NCBI GenBank assembly: GCA_051362555.1 | Contig: CM120640.1 | Span: forward strand, 31,763,967 to 31,827,966 | Reading direction: 5' to 3' | Length of the DNA stretch: 64,000 nucleotides | Source of the DNA: Lingula anatina | Taxonomy: Eukaryota > Animalia > Brachiopoda | Shown: piece after piece, positions 51,101 through 63,638 of the stretch | Position numbering within the stretch: the first letter of the stretch is position 1 | How the letters are laid out: each line of letters begins with the position of its first letter | Made by a program: the position numbers and the translations under genes | Notes under the pieces: model-generated | Database searches by the model: none | Seen by the model: only the letters and a program-made list of their open reading frames with translations | What the model was told of the DNA's origin: nothing

Positions 51101-53297
51101 GAGTTTCCAGCCCTCTGAAACTCAGGGTGAAGCAAAGACCTTTTTGTTATTTTCTTATTAATAACAGGAAAACACGGGCTTATGTTCTTTTCCCAGGCAG
51201 CCAATCCGGCATGCACAGTGCTGGAGATGATTATGATGGACTGGTTGGGGAAGATGCTGGATTTGCCAGAGCAGTTTCTATTCTGCTCTGGAGGCAAAGG
51301 GGGCGGGGTCATTCAGGTAAGACCAGTCATCTAGAACCCAAAAATTATTTGAGATATTTGAGGCAAAATTGTAGACAACTTAGACTGAATTGATTAAGTG
51401 GCGTTTCGCCAACAACATATATGGAACTGTTACACTGATTATCACATTTTATTGTCTTTTGACAAAACACCTTGAGCGACAGATGATTGTTTTGATGAAA
51501 CTTAATACACTTAGAGATGACAGTGACCTGTTTGTGTATGTAAAATATAGGCTTCTGAAATGCATTTTAGTTGTACTCAGTGCACCAAATATCACTTTAA
51601 ACACTTAAATTGATTGTCATCTTATTTTATTTGATGCATTCAACAATTGTTTATATCTGTATTTATCTCGGCCGAAGAGGTAATGTTTTTGGTTCCCCAA
51701 GTCTTTTTGTCTGTTCTTCTGATTGACTGATAGCAACATAATGGAAAAAGCTGAGGACGAGTTTTCATTATAGACTTGATTTTGGTGGTGATCCAAAAGT
51801 TAATTGTTAACGATAAGTTAATTGTCTGCCTATCTGTCTGTCTGTTTGTCTGCCTTTCTGTCATAACATTATACAAAAACAGTACGTATATAATATTATT
51901 GAAATAAAAAGGTTGGACAACGAGTCATAAAGATGACTCTAAATTACAAGGCAATTTCACGACAGTCTGATCACGACATCGGTCTGTGAACATACAATCA
52001 CGGGAAATTATAATTAGTTGGTGCTTATGTCTTTTCTGGAAAAATTAAAGATTTAGCACATGATATATATAATTACCGGTATTGTATACGCTCTTATCAT
52101 AAGAAAAAAAGGACAGTAATGAATGTGTTTAAAAAAGTAAATCTTTCCTAAAGATACTGAACGTCGTCGTTTTGGGCCCTAATCCAACGGCCCAGATAAT
52201 ATGCCCCATACATGTAGTTCAAAAAAAAGAAAGAAACGATGTCCTTAAACTTGAACCATCTTAACGCGTAAAATAATGAAAAAAATTACATTTGTAGGGT
52301 AGCTCCAGCGAGACCATATTGATTTGCTTGCTAGCTGCTAGGAATCAAGCCATTCTCAGAGAGAAGGAAGCAAACCCTGCTCTTTCGGAGGCTGACATCA
52401 TGGCAGATGGTGGGGGTACTGTTCAGATCAGGTATATACCATTCCAAGTCTCCAATATCCTGTAAAGACTCTAATCTTTCCCAATTCAGACTTTTAAAAA
52501 CCTCCCCAAGAAAAAACATAGCTCATTTATCATTTTATGAAATTAGAAGAAGGTCCAGCAAATTTCAAGAAATAAGGTGGACTTAAACTCCAGTCTACCC
52601 ACGAACATTCCCCAAAGTATTAATTATATCGGTAGCTTGGCATAAAAGCCATGTTCTTTCCAAAATATGCTTCACATTGCCTCCGTAGCGTTGGTGGCAC
52701 ACTTGCATACCTTGCACAAAAGTGTCAATTACATTCTTCTTTTAAGTTCTTTTTTTATCGCCGTGTTCAAGTTGTGTTGGACATCCAGCCTGACTGGATT
52801 CTTTTTCTTGAAATTAGTATTTTATTGTGCATATAATGCATTTTATTTAAATTCTTTCATATTGTTTTTTGCCTGTACTTTTGGCAGTTTTCTGCCTTTT
52901 TAATACAATTAAGCTTATATTCCCCTATATATGTATTTGTAGGCCCATAGTTCAGTGATACGTGCGGGCCTATTTGGAGCAGTAAAGATCGTCCTGCTCC
53001 CCACTGATGAGCAACAATCCCTACGTGGCGAAACATTGGCGCATGCTGTACAAAAAAGCAAGGCAGAGGGATTGATACCTATCTTTGTAAGTGTATAGTC
53101 TTCGTTAAATATATTGTCTGTGCTTATTGTTGTGGATGCATTGCAATAATTAAAAGTTATTCTGTAATAACGTTATGATCGAGATGGTGTGAGCAGATTG
53201 ACCCTGCTATGTGATGCACCAACAGAAACAGTAGAGTGTTTTAACCGAGCCAAGCAATGGATTTAGAATTTGTTACGTTCACACACGAACGTGATCA

Positions 53298-53606
53298 TGT
53301 TGGATTTCTCATATTTTTCATAATTAATCCTGGTTACATTTAATTAACTTACTTTATTATTTTTATATTTAGCGCTTATATAGTTTGGGGGATGTTTATT
53401 ATCTCTCCAGTTTTGTAACTTTGTATCTTTTGCCTTTTATTTTCATTTGCGCCAACTTTTTGCTCCTATAGCTGTTGGATTTCTCATATTTTTCATAATT
53501 AATCCTGGTTACATTTCATTAACTTACTTTATTATTTTTATATTTAGCACTTATATAGTTTGGGGGATGTTTATTATCTCCCCAGTTTTGTAACTTTGTA
53601 TCTTTT
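53298..53606. repeat. Local duplication of ~135 bp (starts 53298 and 53473)
   Basis: tgttggatttctcatatttttcataattaatcctggttacatt... occurs twice with few mismatches. Confidence 0.85.
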
Positions 53607-53877
53607 TAGTTTTCGTCATTAATAAATGACAATTTCAGTCATATGGACTTATCTTACTTAATTTGGAGCAAAAACAAGAGCTTCGTTGTGCTTGTGAACA
53701 TTTGGCTACATAAATAAATTTTTTAATCGGTGTAAACATTTGATAAACAGTTAAAAACATCCCAGACAGCCTCAGTAATCTGGCCCACGTCTGGCCCAGA
53801 TCTGGCAACGTCTGGCAATATCTGGGCCAGATTTTGCCAGACACTTGCCAGATCTGGGCCAAGTCTGGTAAAGTCTG

Positions 53878-56867
53878 CCCAGACAGCCTCAGTGATCTGG
53901 CCCACGTCTGGCCCAGATCTGGCAACGTCTGGCAAAAGGTATGGCCCACGTATGGCTTGCCACATGTGGGCCAGATGTGGCAATGTTTGGGCCAGATCTG
54001 GCCCAGACATTGCCACATCTGGCCCAGTCCACATTTGCTCATGTGGCCAGATGTCGGCCCAGATCTGGCAATATCTGGCAAAGGTATGGCATGCCAGATG
54101 TGGGCCAGATGTGGGCCAGATCATATTCAAATGGGCCAGATTAGGGCCAGACATGAACCACATATGGCCCAGATTGTTTTTTTTTATTATTTCACATTTG
54201 CTCATGTGGCCAGATGTCGGCCCAGATCTGGCAATATCTGGCAAAGGTATGGCATGCCGGATGTGGACCAGAAGTGGGCCAGATTAGGGCCGGACATGGA
54301 CCACATATGGCCCAGATTGTTTTTTTTTTCTTTTTTTAAATTTTTTTTAAATATTAAATAAGATTACTATAAAAAAAGACATACAAGATTCAAGATTCAA
54401 GTATTTATTCTGTGCTAAAACCCTAAACAAAATTATTACACATTATATAACCTTGCTGGCAACTAACATGTAACAAATTAAGGGCCACTCCTTGTCTTTT
54501 TGTACAAAACAATGTATGTTTGAAAAAAAAAACTACACTGCAAAAAGGCAAATATACAGACACTTAACAGGAGGAAATGTCACTTACACACATGTAAAGA
54601 AAACAGTTATAACAACAATTTTTTTTTCAACACAAAGCTGCTCATCGAATCTGAATTAACACAAATTACAAAAATTGTAATTAATTATGCATGTACATGG
54701 GGGGGGGGAGGGGTTTGAGGGGGAAATATTTTTGCACACCTCAACCTAAATAATATTATACATTGTCATTTTTAAACTAATTCAAACATATCATTAATAA
54801 TAATAATCACTAATGAATATAGTTTTGTAATGAATAAATCTTGAATAATGAATGAAAAAACATTGTCTTTTAGATGATGGAGAGTTATAACAAAATTATA
54901 AATAACCATGCAGTAACTGTTTCAATTCAACTTGCATGATGGCTACAGTACTGTACATACATGTTAATTCTGAAAAAAAAAAAAAAATGTATACTCCAGC
55001 ACAGATATAGATCTACAATTAAAAGAGAATTACATGTGCACAAAAACAAACCCCAGTATCAATGCTTTGAATTAAATCACATCACGAATCAAATCACTCA
55101 ATGAATTGAACCAGTTTGCAATGCTTGCGCTTTTTTCAAATCCATAACACTAAGAAATGATACTCCTTGACAAGCTTATAATTATTAAAGGAATCAACAA
55201 TGGAACAAGTAACTCTACCAAGTTAACAACAGTTCATTCAAATGTCAAGTCAAAACACAACATCCCTTCCTTTCTTGGAGAGAAACGGTCCTTTCAAAAC
55301 ATGTTAATTGACAGTTCAGTCTTTAAAATGTCTTTTCAAACATTTGCAGAATAGCATATGAACTCCAACTTTTATTCCTTAAACCACACTGAAAATTCTC
55401 AAAACTAATCAACTCATATCAAATCCCATGTCCTTTCACTAATACTGGTCTCTTCCTTTGCTTGCCTTTACGTCACATTCAAATGTTCCCTTCACTTTTA
55501 AAGGTTTCTCAGACGTGTATGAATAATACTGTTTGTTTTCTGGTCCTCCACAAGAGCCACATTTATTTTTCTTGGATTTCAGCATTCTCCATGTATTTTC
55601 ATCAATGATATTACAATATGCACCTGAATCTGGTAATACACTGAGATTAACACCTCTATTTCCTCCATGTCTTCTGTGTATATTGCATTGGTTCCCACAC
55701 CAAATGTATATGCACTCCTGGATTATCATGTTCAAAGCTGTCATTTACATGAATAATAGTTTCAGTTTTGCAGACTTTTGCAAAGTGATCCAACGTTCCA
55801 TGTTTTCTCAGTCAGGGAGTTTCTACTTCGTTTTTCATGTCTAAACTCGTAATGTTTAGACTGGCTTGGTTTGTCAAATGACTTCGGTTTCATCATACTC
55901 ACAGTTTCTGGTGTTCCAATTTCATTCAAAGCGTATGTATATTATGAATATTCAGGTTTCTAACCTGTGTTTGGGAGTCCTGAAAATATCTTGTACACCT
56001 GTCCCTGCTGAATACAACATAAGCGCGCGTCTCCTCTGTCATATATTTTTAATTTTCTATCTTTGTTCATTATTCATGCCGTCCGTTGGTTTTGAAAAGA
56101 TCAATCTTTTCCGTCAGCGAAGAGGTTAAAACTGTCAAGCCATCGCGTCGAGCTTGACCCTAATGTCTCCGGACTTCTGTACGGTTCGAATTCCGTAATT
56201 TCACATTTTTCCTCCATTTTTTCAAAGAAAGTTGGCTCACAGTTTTGCACTAGTGTTAATCCTCGTCGCCAGTGTTGATGCCTTCGAAATAAATCGCATC
56301 ACGAATCAAATCACTCAACGAATTGTATCAGTTTGATACGTTTGTGCTTTTTTCATATCCACAACTCTAAGAAACGCTACATCCGGGTCTTTGACCGGCT
56401 TAGCATAAAAAGCGGAATCTTACAACAGCGGAACGAGTAGTTCAAAAAAGTTTTAGAACAGTGAATTAATTCAAATGTCAAGTCAAATTAAACAAATAGC
56501 ACACTTATGAGGGGACATTGAAGAAAAGAGAGAGAGATCAATTAAATCAAAATTTATCAAATGACGTCAGTTCAATGCATTCAGCTCACTGGTCAATAAA
56601 AAATAAATAAATAGAAAATAAAAATTGAAAATGAAAGTACCATATCTGGCCCAAGTCTGGGCAGCATCTGGCAAAATGTGGCATAAATGCCAGACTTTGC
56701 CAGACTTGGCCCAGATCTGGCAAGTGTCTGGCAAAATGTGGCATAAATGTCAGACTTTGCCAGACTTGGCCCAGATCTGGCAAGTGTCTGGCAAAATCTG
56801 GCCCAGATATTGCCAGACGTTGCCAGATCTGGGCCAGACGTGGGCCAGATTACTGAGGCTGTCTGGG
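53878..56867 (+). mobile_element. Second copy of the same CACTA/EnSpm-like element, inserted in inverted orientation
   Basis: Same termini; flanked by 2-bp TSD TG (53876-77 and 56868-69) inside the outer copy's subterminal repeats. Confidence 0.85.
55057..56501 (-). mobile_element. Degenerate internally deleted Gypsy LTR retrotransposon (in the inner DNA transposon)
   Basis: Reverse complement of 57119-58561: LTRs at 56273-56501 and 55057-55262, PBS, gag and protease (LPDSGAYCNII) remnants. Confidence 0.8.
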
Positions 56868-57118
56868 TGGCATTTATGCCACATTTTGCCAGACACTTGC
56901 CAGATCTGGGCCAAGTCTGGCAAAATCTGGCATTTATGCCACATTTTGCCAGATGCTGCCCAGACTTGGGCCAGATATGGTACTTTCATTTTCAATTTTT
57001 ATTTTCTATTTATTTATTTTTTATTGACCAGTGAGCTGAATGCATTGAACTGACGTCATTTGATATATTTTGATTTAATTTATCTCTCTCTCTTTTCTTC
57101 AAAGTCCCCTCATAAGTG

Positions 57119-58561
57119 TGTTATTTGTTTTATTTGACTTGACATTTGAATGAATTCACTGTTCTAAAACTTTTTGAACTACTCGTTCCGCTGTTGTAAG
57201 ATTCCGCTTTTTATGCTAAGCCGGTCAAGGACCCGGATGTAGCGTTTCTTAGAGTTATGGATATGAAAAAAGCACAAGCGTATCAAACTGATACAATTTG
57301 TTGAGTGATTTGATTCGTGATGCGATTTATTTCGAAGGCATCAACACTGGCGACGAGGATTAACACTAGTGCAAAACTGTGAGCCAACTTTCTTTGAAAA
57401 AATGGAGGAAAAATGTGAAATTACGAAATTCGAACCGTACAGAAGTCCGGAGACATTAGGGTCACGCTCGACGCGATGGCTAGACAGTTTTAAACTCTTC
57501 GCTGACGGAAAAGATTGATCTTTTCAAAACCAACGGACGGCATGAATAATGAACAAAAATAGAAAATTAAAAATACATGACAGAGGAGACGCGCGCTTAT
57601 GTTGTATTCAGCAGGGACAGGTGTACAAGATATTTTCAGGACTCTCCCAAACACGGGTTAGAAACATGAATATACATTAGACAGTTAACGCTTTGAATGA
57701 AATTGGAACACCAGAAACTGTGAGTATGATGAAACCGAAGTCATTTGACAAACCAAGCCAGTCTAAACATTACGAGTTTAGACATGAAAAACGAAGTAGA
57801 AACTCCCTGACTGAGAAAACATGGAACGTTGGATCACTTTGCAAAAGTCTGCAAAACTGAAACTATTATTCATGTAAATGACAGCTTTGAACATGATAAT
57901 CCAGGAGTGCATATACATTTGGTGTAGGAACCAATGCAATATACACAGAAGACATGGAGGAAATAGAGGCGGTGTTAATCTCAGTGTATTACCAGATTCA
58001 GGTGCATATTGTAATATCATTGATGAAAATACATGGAGAATGCTGAAATCCAAGAAAAATAAATGTGGCTCTTGTGGAGGACTAGAAAACAAACAGTATT
58101 ATTCATACACGTCTGAGAAACCTTTAAAAGTGAAGGGAACATTTGAATGTGACGTAAAGGAAGAGACCAGTAGTAGTGAAAGGACATGGGATTTGATATG
58201 AGTTGATAAGTTTTGAGAATTTTCAGTGTGGTTTAAGGAATAAAAGTTGGAGTTCATATGCTATTCTGCAAATGTTTGAAAGGACATTTTAAAGACTGAA
58301 CTGTCAATAAACATGTTTTGAAAGGACCGTTTCTCTCCAAGAAAGGAAGGGATGTTGTGTTTTGACTTGACATTTGAATGAACTGTTGTTAACTTGGTAG
58401 AGCTACTTGTTCCATATTGTTGATTCCTTTAATAATTATAAGCTTGTCAAGATGTATCATTTCTTAGTGTTATGGATTTGAAAAAAGCGCAAACATTGCA
58501 AACTGGTTCAATTCATTGAGTGATTTGATTCATGATGTGATTTAATTCAAAAGCATTGATA
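57119..58561 (+). mobile_element. Degenerate internally deleted Gypsy LTR retrotransposon (in the outer DNA transposon)
   Basis: 5'LTR ~57119-57346 ending CA; PBS TGGCGACGAGGA 57348-57359; gag-like FEPYRSPETLG..RW / QRRRALMLYSAGTGVQDIFRTLP; aspartic protease DSG motif; PPT aagaaaggaaggga; 3'LTR 58353-58561 starting TG. Confidence 0.82.
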
Positions 58562-60019
58562 CTGGGGTTTGTGCACGTGTAATTCTCTTTTAATTGTACA
58601 TCTATATCTGTGCTGGAGTATACATATTTTTTTTTCAGAATTTACATGTATGTACAGTACTGTAGCCATCATGCAAGTTGAATTGAAACAGTTACTGCAT
58701 GGTTATTTATAATTTTGTTATAACTCACCATCATCTAAAAAAACAATGTTTTTTCATTCATTATTCAAGATTTATTCATTACAAAACTATATTCATTAGT
58801 GATTATTATTATTAATGATATGTTTGAATATGTTTAAAAATGACAATGTGTGCAAAAATATTTCCCCCTCAAACCCCTCCCCCATGTACATGCATGATTA
58901 ATTACAATTTTTGTAATTTGTGTTAATTCAGATTCGATGAGCAGCTTTGTGTTGAAAAAAAATTGTTATAACTGTTTTCTTTACATGCATGTAAGTGACA
59001 TTTCCTCCTGTTAAGTGTCTGTATATTTGCCTTTTTGCAGTGTAGTTTTTTTTTTTTTTCAAATATACATTGTTTTGTACAGAAAGACAAGGAGTGACCC
59101 TTAATTTGTTACATGTTAGTTGCCAGCAAGGTTATATAATGTGTAATAATTTTGTTTAGGGTTTTAGCACAGAATAAATACTTGAATCTTGAATCTTGTA
59201 TGTCTTTTTTTATAGTAATCTTATTGAATAATTAAAAATAATTTAAAAAAAAGGAGAAAAAAAAACATTCTGGGCCATATGTGGTCCATGTCTGGCCCTA
59301 ATCTGGCCCATTTGAATATGATCTGGCCCACATCTGGCCCACATCTGGCATGCCATACCTTTGCCAGATATTGCCAGATCTGGGCCGACATCTGGCCATA
59401 TGAGCAAATGTGGACTGGGCCAGATGTGGCAATGTCTGGGCCAGATCTGGCCCAAACATTGCCACATCTGGCCCACATGTGGCAAGCCATACGTGGGCCA
59501 TACCTTTTGCCAGACATTGCCAGACGTTGCCAGATCTGGGCCAGACGTGGGCCAGATCACTGAGGCTGTCTGGGATTATTACACCATTTTAATGATTAAA
59601 ATCATGCATTAGCCTGTTGCTTTATTTATTTCGAATCCATGGCGTATTGAACTTTGTATGTCTATATATTGGCCTTGGATGATGCCCTGCACTGAGCTAG
59701 ATGTTGCTGGAACTGATATTAGTAAAGTGATACGGTATTTAGAATTATCTTTTTTTAAAGTAAATGGTGGTAAAAGTATTAGCGACCGGTAGGTCTTATG
59801 TCACCGCCCGTCACCGATAACTATGTAAACCGATTTATTAGTGACGCTGGTGTGTAACAAGAATGGAACCGTACAAATGGCATGCGCCCCATGGAGAATT
59901 TACATTGTTTCCAATTGTTTTAGTTTGCAGATTCTTTTAGTGTCAGTCCTCACAAGTTGATGAGAGTGACATTTGATTGTTCAGCATTATGGTAAGTAAA
60001 TTAAGAAGCACAGTAGTTA

Positions 60020-60045
60020 TAGTAGTAGTAGTAGTAGTAGCAGTG

Positions 60046-60076
<31 letters not shown>
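60020..60076. repeat. (TAG)n and (GT)n microsatellites
   Basis: Read directly from the sequence. Confidence 0.85.
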
Positions 60077-60949
60077 AAATTATACATGTGGTGGATCCAG
60101 AGCACTGAAAAGCACTATATATTTAGGCTTTTGACCCTCCCCTTTAGCTTTGGAAGTTCTCATTCTCTCTTCTAAAAGCAGTTAATACGGGTGAAACATG
60201 ACAAATCCAACTAATTTTCCACCACTGTTACATATGTTATATTAAAATTGCTCTTGCCCACTGTTGTTTTTTTCAGCAAAATCCTGGGTCAACCATTAAA
60301 TTTTCAGAAACCTCATGATAACCTCAAGTTACTACCATGATGTTTCCAATGGCTAACCATAATTTCAGAGCCTATGGTTGCCATCTTCTTTATTTTTCAA
60401 ATTTTCACTTATTCCTGCTCATAAATTTAAATGGCTTGATTATATGGAGGCTCAAAATGATTCTTTCAAAACAGTACTTGATTTCTTTTTCAATTATATT
60501 TGTCATTTATATGTTTTTCTGTCATTTAAGTATTCTTATCTCAAGGGGATCTTGCTTAAAGCTAAATATTATAACTAGTTGTTTCAACTATTTTACTTAT
60601 TACTCAAATCAAAGACATATTAGCAATAAATAAAGAAACTTGCATGCATTTAATCTGAATTAATTAAGGTATCCTCTACTAAATCCTCTACTAGAGTCAC
60701 AGAGATTCTTTCACTTAGATATGGGCATTTTTACAATGCTAGGCATATATTGCTAATTAGCACATATTGCTAATTAACAAATTACATACATATGATCAAA
60801 GAATTATTTTATCACTATGTTAGAGAATGGTGTAAGTGAAGATAAACACTGAAAATAGAAACCAAATTTCACCACCGAGTCCAAAGTCAAAAATGACCAA
60901 AAATTTTTCCCGTTTTGGTCATATGATATAAAAGGGAATCTGAAATAAA

Positions 60950-62640
60950 TTAAAACAGTGTTTGACATTGCATTTTTTTGGATTATTAAACACTCAGTAG
61001 TACGGTGGAAGCAAAGAAGTAGAGAGGTGTATCCTAGAAATAAAGTCTTTTAATGGCATGCTGGTATTTCCGTTAAACGAAATGTCCATTCCAAAACAAA
61101 AATAAATTACTTTCAGAAAATATATCATAAAACATACGGTATAATTAACCATCCATTATTTGGATGTATTGGTATTGTTTGTATCAAATAATGAAATCTG
61201 ACATAAAAATAATAGAAAAACATTTCTTCAATGGCATCTTTTTAAATTTCTATATATATTCTCAACAAAAAAAATCATTTTTGCAAGTCAGCATCTTTTC
61301 TTTGGATCTACTAGAACTTCCATTGCATATTTTCCCAAAGTTCATGTATTTCAAAGTTAAATTAACAATTAATTGAAGAGATTATATCAGTTTAAATAGA
61401 AATAAAGGCAATTTGGATGCTTTGTATCGGAAAGGACATTTTTTAACAGATTGTCTAAAACACTTGTTTAATCTTTGGTCTGCTCATCTATTTATTATTC
61501 ATGAGGAAAAGGATGATGGAAAGCACATCAAATTTATGTAGAATATAATTTTGAATAATATAACTTACCTTACTTTAATATTGCTTACTTATGATGTACA
61601 TAAAAGTATTCGAAAATAGTTATGAGGCTACATATGTTAAAGTTGCGAGAGTCAGTTCACTGGCACGGTTTACAGAGGTGCTTGCAGGCAGACACAGGTT
61701 AAAATTAACTTCCTGTGATTATTTATAAAATATAAATATATATACCATTTAAGCAATTTTGTAAATGTTAAATAAACACAGGACATGCCTAAAAGGACAT
61801 ATTTAAAATGTTATTACTAAATTTAAACCTGACAATGTCAAATAATATTTCATACAGCTATGAGCTGTATCAAAAGGAAGTACTGTAGAATAGGGTATAA
61901 TGGAGTGTAGAAGACTCTATTTTATGTCATGATCAAATACTAATAGAGTAACATTTCAAAAAAGAATCAAAACTATCCAAAATGACCAATTAATGTAATA
62001 AAAACAGTTCAATTTTAATCTAGTTAACTCATATTTTGTCCAATGATTGCTTCCCCAGTACCAACATACTATGAGATCTTAAGGCAATTTCATAAATGTT
62101 AAATAAATGTCCATTCTGAAACAAGGACATGTCTGAAAGGACATATTTTAAACATGGTAAATCTGACATTGTCAAATAATATTTTATACAGCTATGAACT
62201 GTAACAAAAGAAACTGGAAATAAGATATAATGGAGTAAAGAATACCTGGGATATATCTTAGAATCAATATTTAATAAAATAAAATTCCAGTAATGAATTA
62301 CTAGTACAGAATAGACAAAACAAGTACAAAATGTAATAAAAAGACTTCAATTTTAATTCAGCTTCCACCTATTTTGCCCAGTTATTCCAAGACTTTACCT
62401 AAAACTTATAAACTCAAATACTACAATATATTAAAACAATATCATACTTGTTAAAAAATGTCCTTTCCGAAACAGGGATGTTTCGGAAAGGACATTTATT
62501 TTAACATGACACTGCAATTAGCACAAATGTCTGTGCAAAATAATATTTTACGCGATCATGAAGCATAACATAAAGAACTAATGCAAGGTAAAGTGAAGTA
62601 CAGAAGTCCTCAGAATATCTCAGAATCAAAAACTTCATGG
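60950..62640. repeat. Degenerate ~350-bp tandem array with a hairpin core
   Basis: aaaggacat motif at 61431, 61792, 62136 and 62487; shared aataatattt..acagctatga blocks. Confidence 0.65.
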
Positions 62641-62710
62641 AGTCACATTTAATACTGAAACAGGAAAATCACAAAATATCATTGATTCCTCAAATTTTGG
62701 ATATTTTCAT

Positions 62711-62742
<32 letters not shown>

Positions 62743-63217
62743 GCAAATACATAAAAGAGCAATACTCTCTGAGTAAAACTAGGTGTTTTTTGGAGATCAA
62801 TACCTTAAATTATCATAAAAGTCACACACTTCAAGGTTTAGCTTATGAAAATTAAAAAAATGATTTTCAAAATTCAAATAATCATATCTTTATACATACA
62901 CAAGGTTTTATCTCGGGATTGTCATTTCTAATCCCCTTCAGGTCTATACTTTCAAGAAAAGTACTTATTTCAACACAATAATGATTTCCATTTTTTACCC
63001 TTGGTGGGAAAAAAAAGGAGCCCAGGATTGTAAAAATGCCCATATTCAAAGACATTTCTCTGCCTATTCACTGACTGTGCTCATTTCTGTACTGGTGACA
63101 AGTTTTGCACAATCACATATCATCACCCAGATTGCTTTGATGAAAAGTAAACCACTACATGGTGCCTTTTATTTAGGTTAAAAGACAGCAGCAAACTAGT
63201 CCATGAATTTGTTCATG

Positions 63218-63286
63218 TTGCTTTGCAAGAAACCCCGCTGAGATAGATCAATCCTGCTAGTACAGTAGGGATATGGGAATGCAGTC
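63218..63286. mobile_element. MITE end fragment truncating a DDC exon
   Basis: agatagatcaatcctgctagtac...tgggaatgcagtc resembles the right end of the 13658-13880 / 1151-1574 family. Confidence 0.55.
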
Positions 63287-63638
63287 ATAGTCATGCCTCT
63301 CTTCTGATATTTCTAAAATTTTTGGATTTTAAAGCCTTTTTAATGAACTTTTGTATTTGATACATACATATCCTAAAATACAAAATGAAAAAATGATTGC
63401 TGCCAATAATCATATATTTGATTTGATTTTCTGAAAAATCCCATGGATTGTTATTTAAAAAACTATAAAAGCCATTACACAGATTTAATATCGATTATTA
63501 TTTTTCTAGCATTGGCAAATTCCTCTGGCTCGTAGATTTCGCTCCTTAAAGCTGTGGTTTGTTCTTAGGTTACTTGGTGTAAATGGACTACAAGAGTACA
63601 TCAGACAGGTTCCTTACATTCTATGTCATTCCTTTTTA

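Larger units (their letters stand above)
53761..59574 (-). mobile_element. Non-autonomous CACTA/EnSpm-like DNA transposon (outer copy, interrupted by the inner copy)
   Basis: Termini CCCAGACAGCCTCAGT...ACTGAGGCTGTCTGGG, 2-bp TSD AT, dense subterminal GCCAGA/TCTGGC repeats. Superfamily inferred from CCC termini, 2-bp TSD and subterminal repeats. Confidence 0.8.
50154..63608 (+). pseudogene. DDC: Aromatic-L-amino-acid (DOPA) decarboxylase-like pseudogene; exons 50154-50350, 50753-50866, 51197-51316, 52298-52431, 52943-53086, 59924-59991, 63177-~63213, 63510-63608; may continue past the window
   Basis: [76 protein letters not shown] (PLP lysine), [18 protein letters not shown]. Exon boundaries match vertebrate DDC as remembered. 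Frameshifts in coding exons 1 and 4; TAG at 50250. Confidence 0.88.

Noticed and set aside
53003-53040. Hammerhead-like CTGATGAG...CGAAAC
   Set aside because: Lies in a DDC exon (PTDEQQSLRGET); stems I-III do not pair convincingly.
53635-54361. Overlapping W/P/D-rich ORFs (also 56586-57053 and 59221-59612)
   Set aside because: Translations of transposon subterminal repeats on both strands; not genes.
53761-59574. Assembly fold-back artefact
   Set aside because: The arms differ by substitutions and indels and each copy has its own 2-bp TSD, which fits a real nested insertion. Long-read confirmation is still desirable.
60665-61040. TTAA-flanked Kolobok/piggyBac-like element
   Set aside because: Left end ttaaggtatcctctact has only a loose inverted match near 61018-61036; insufficient support.
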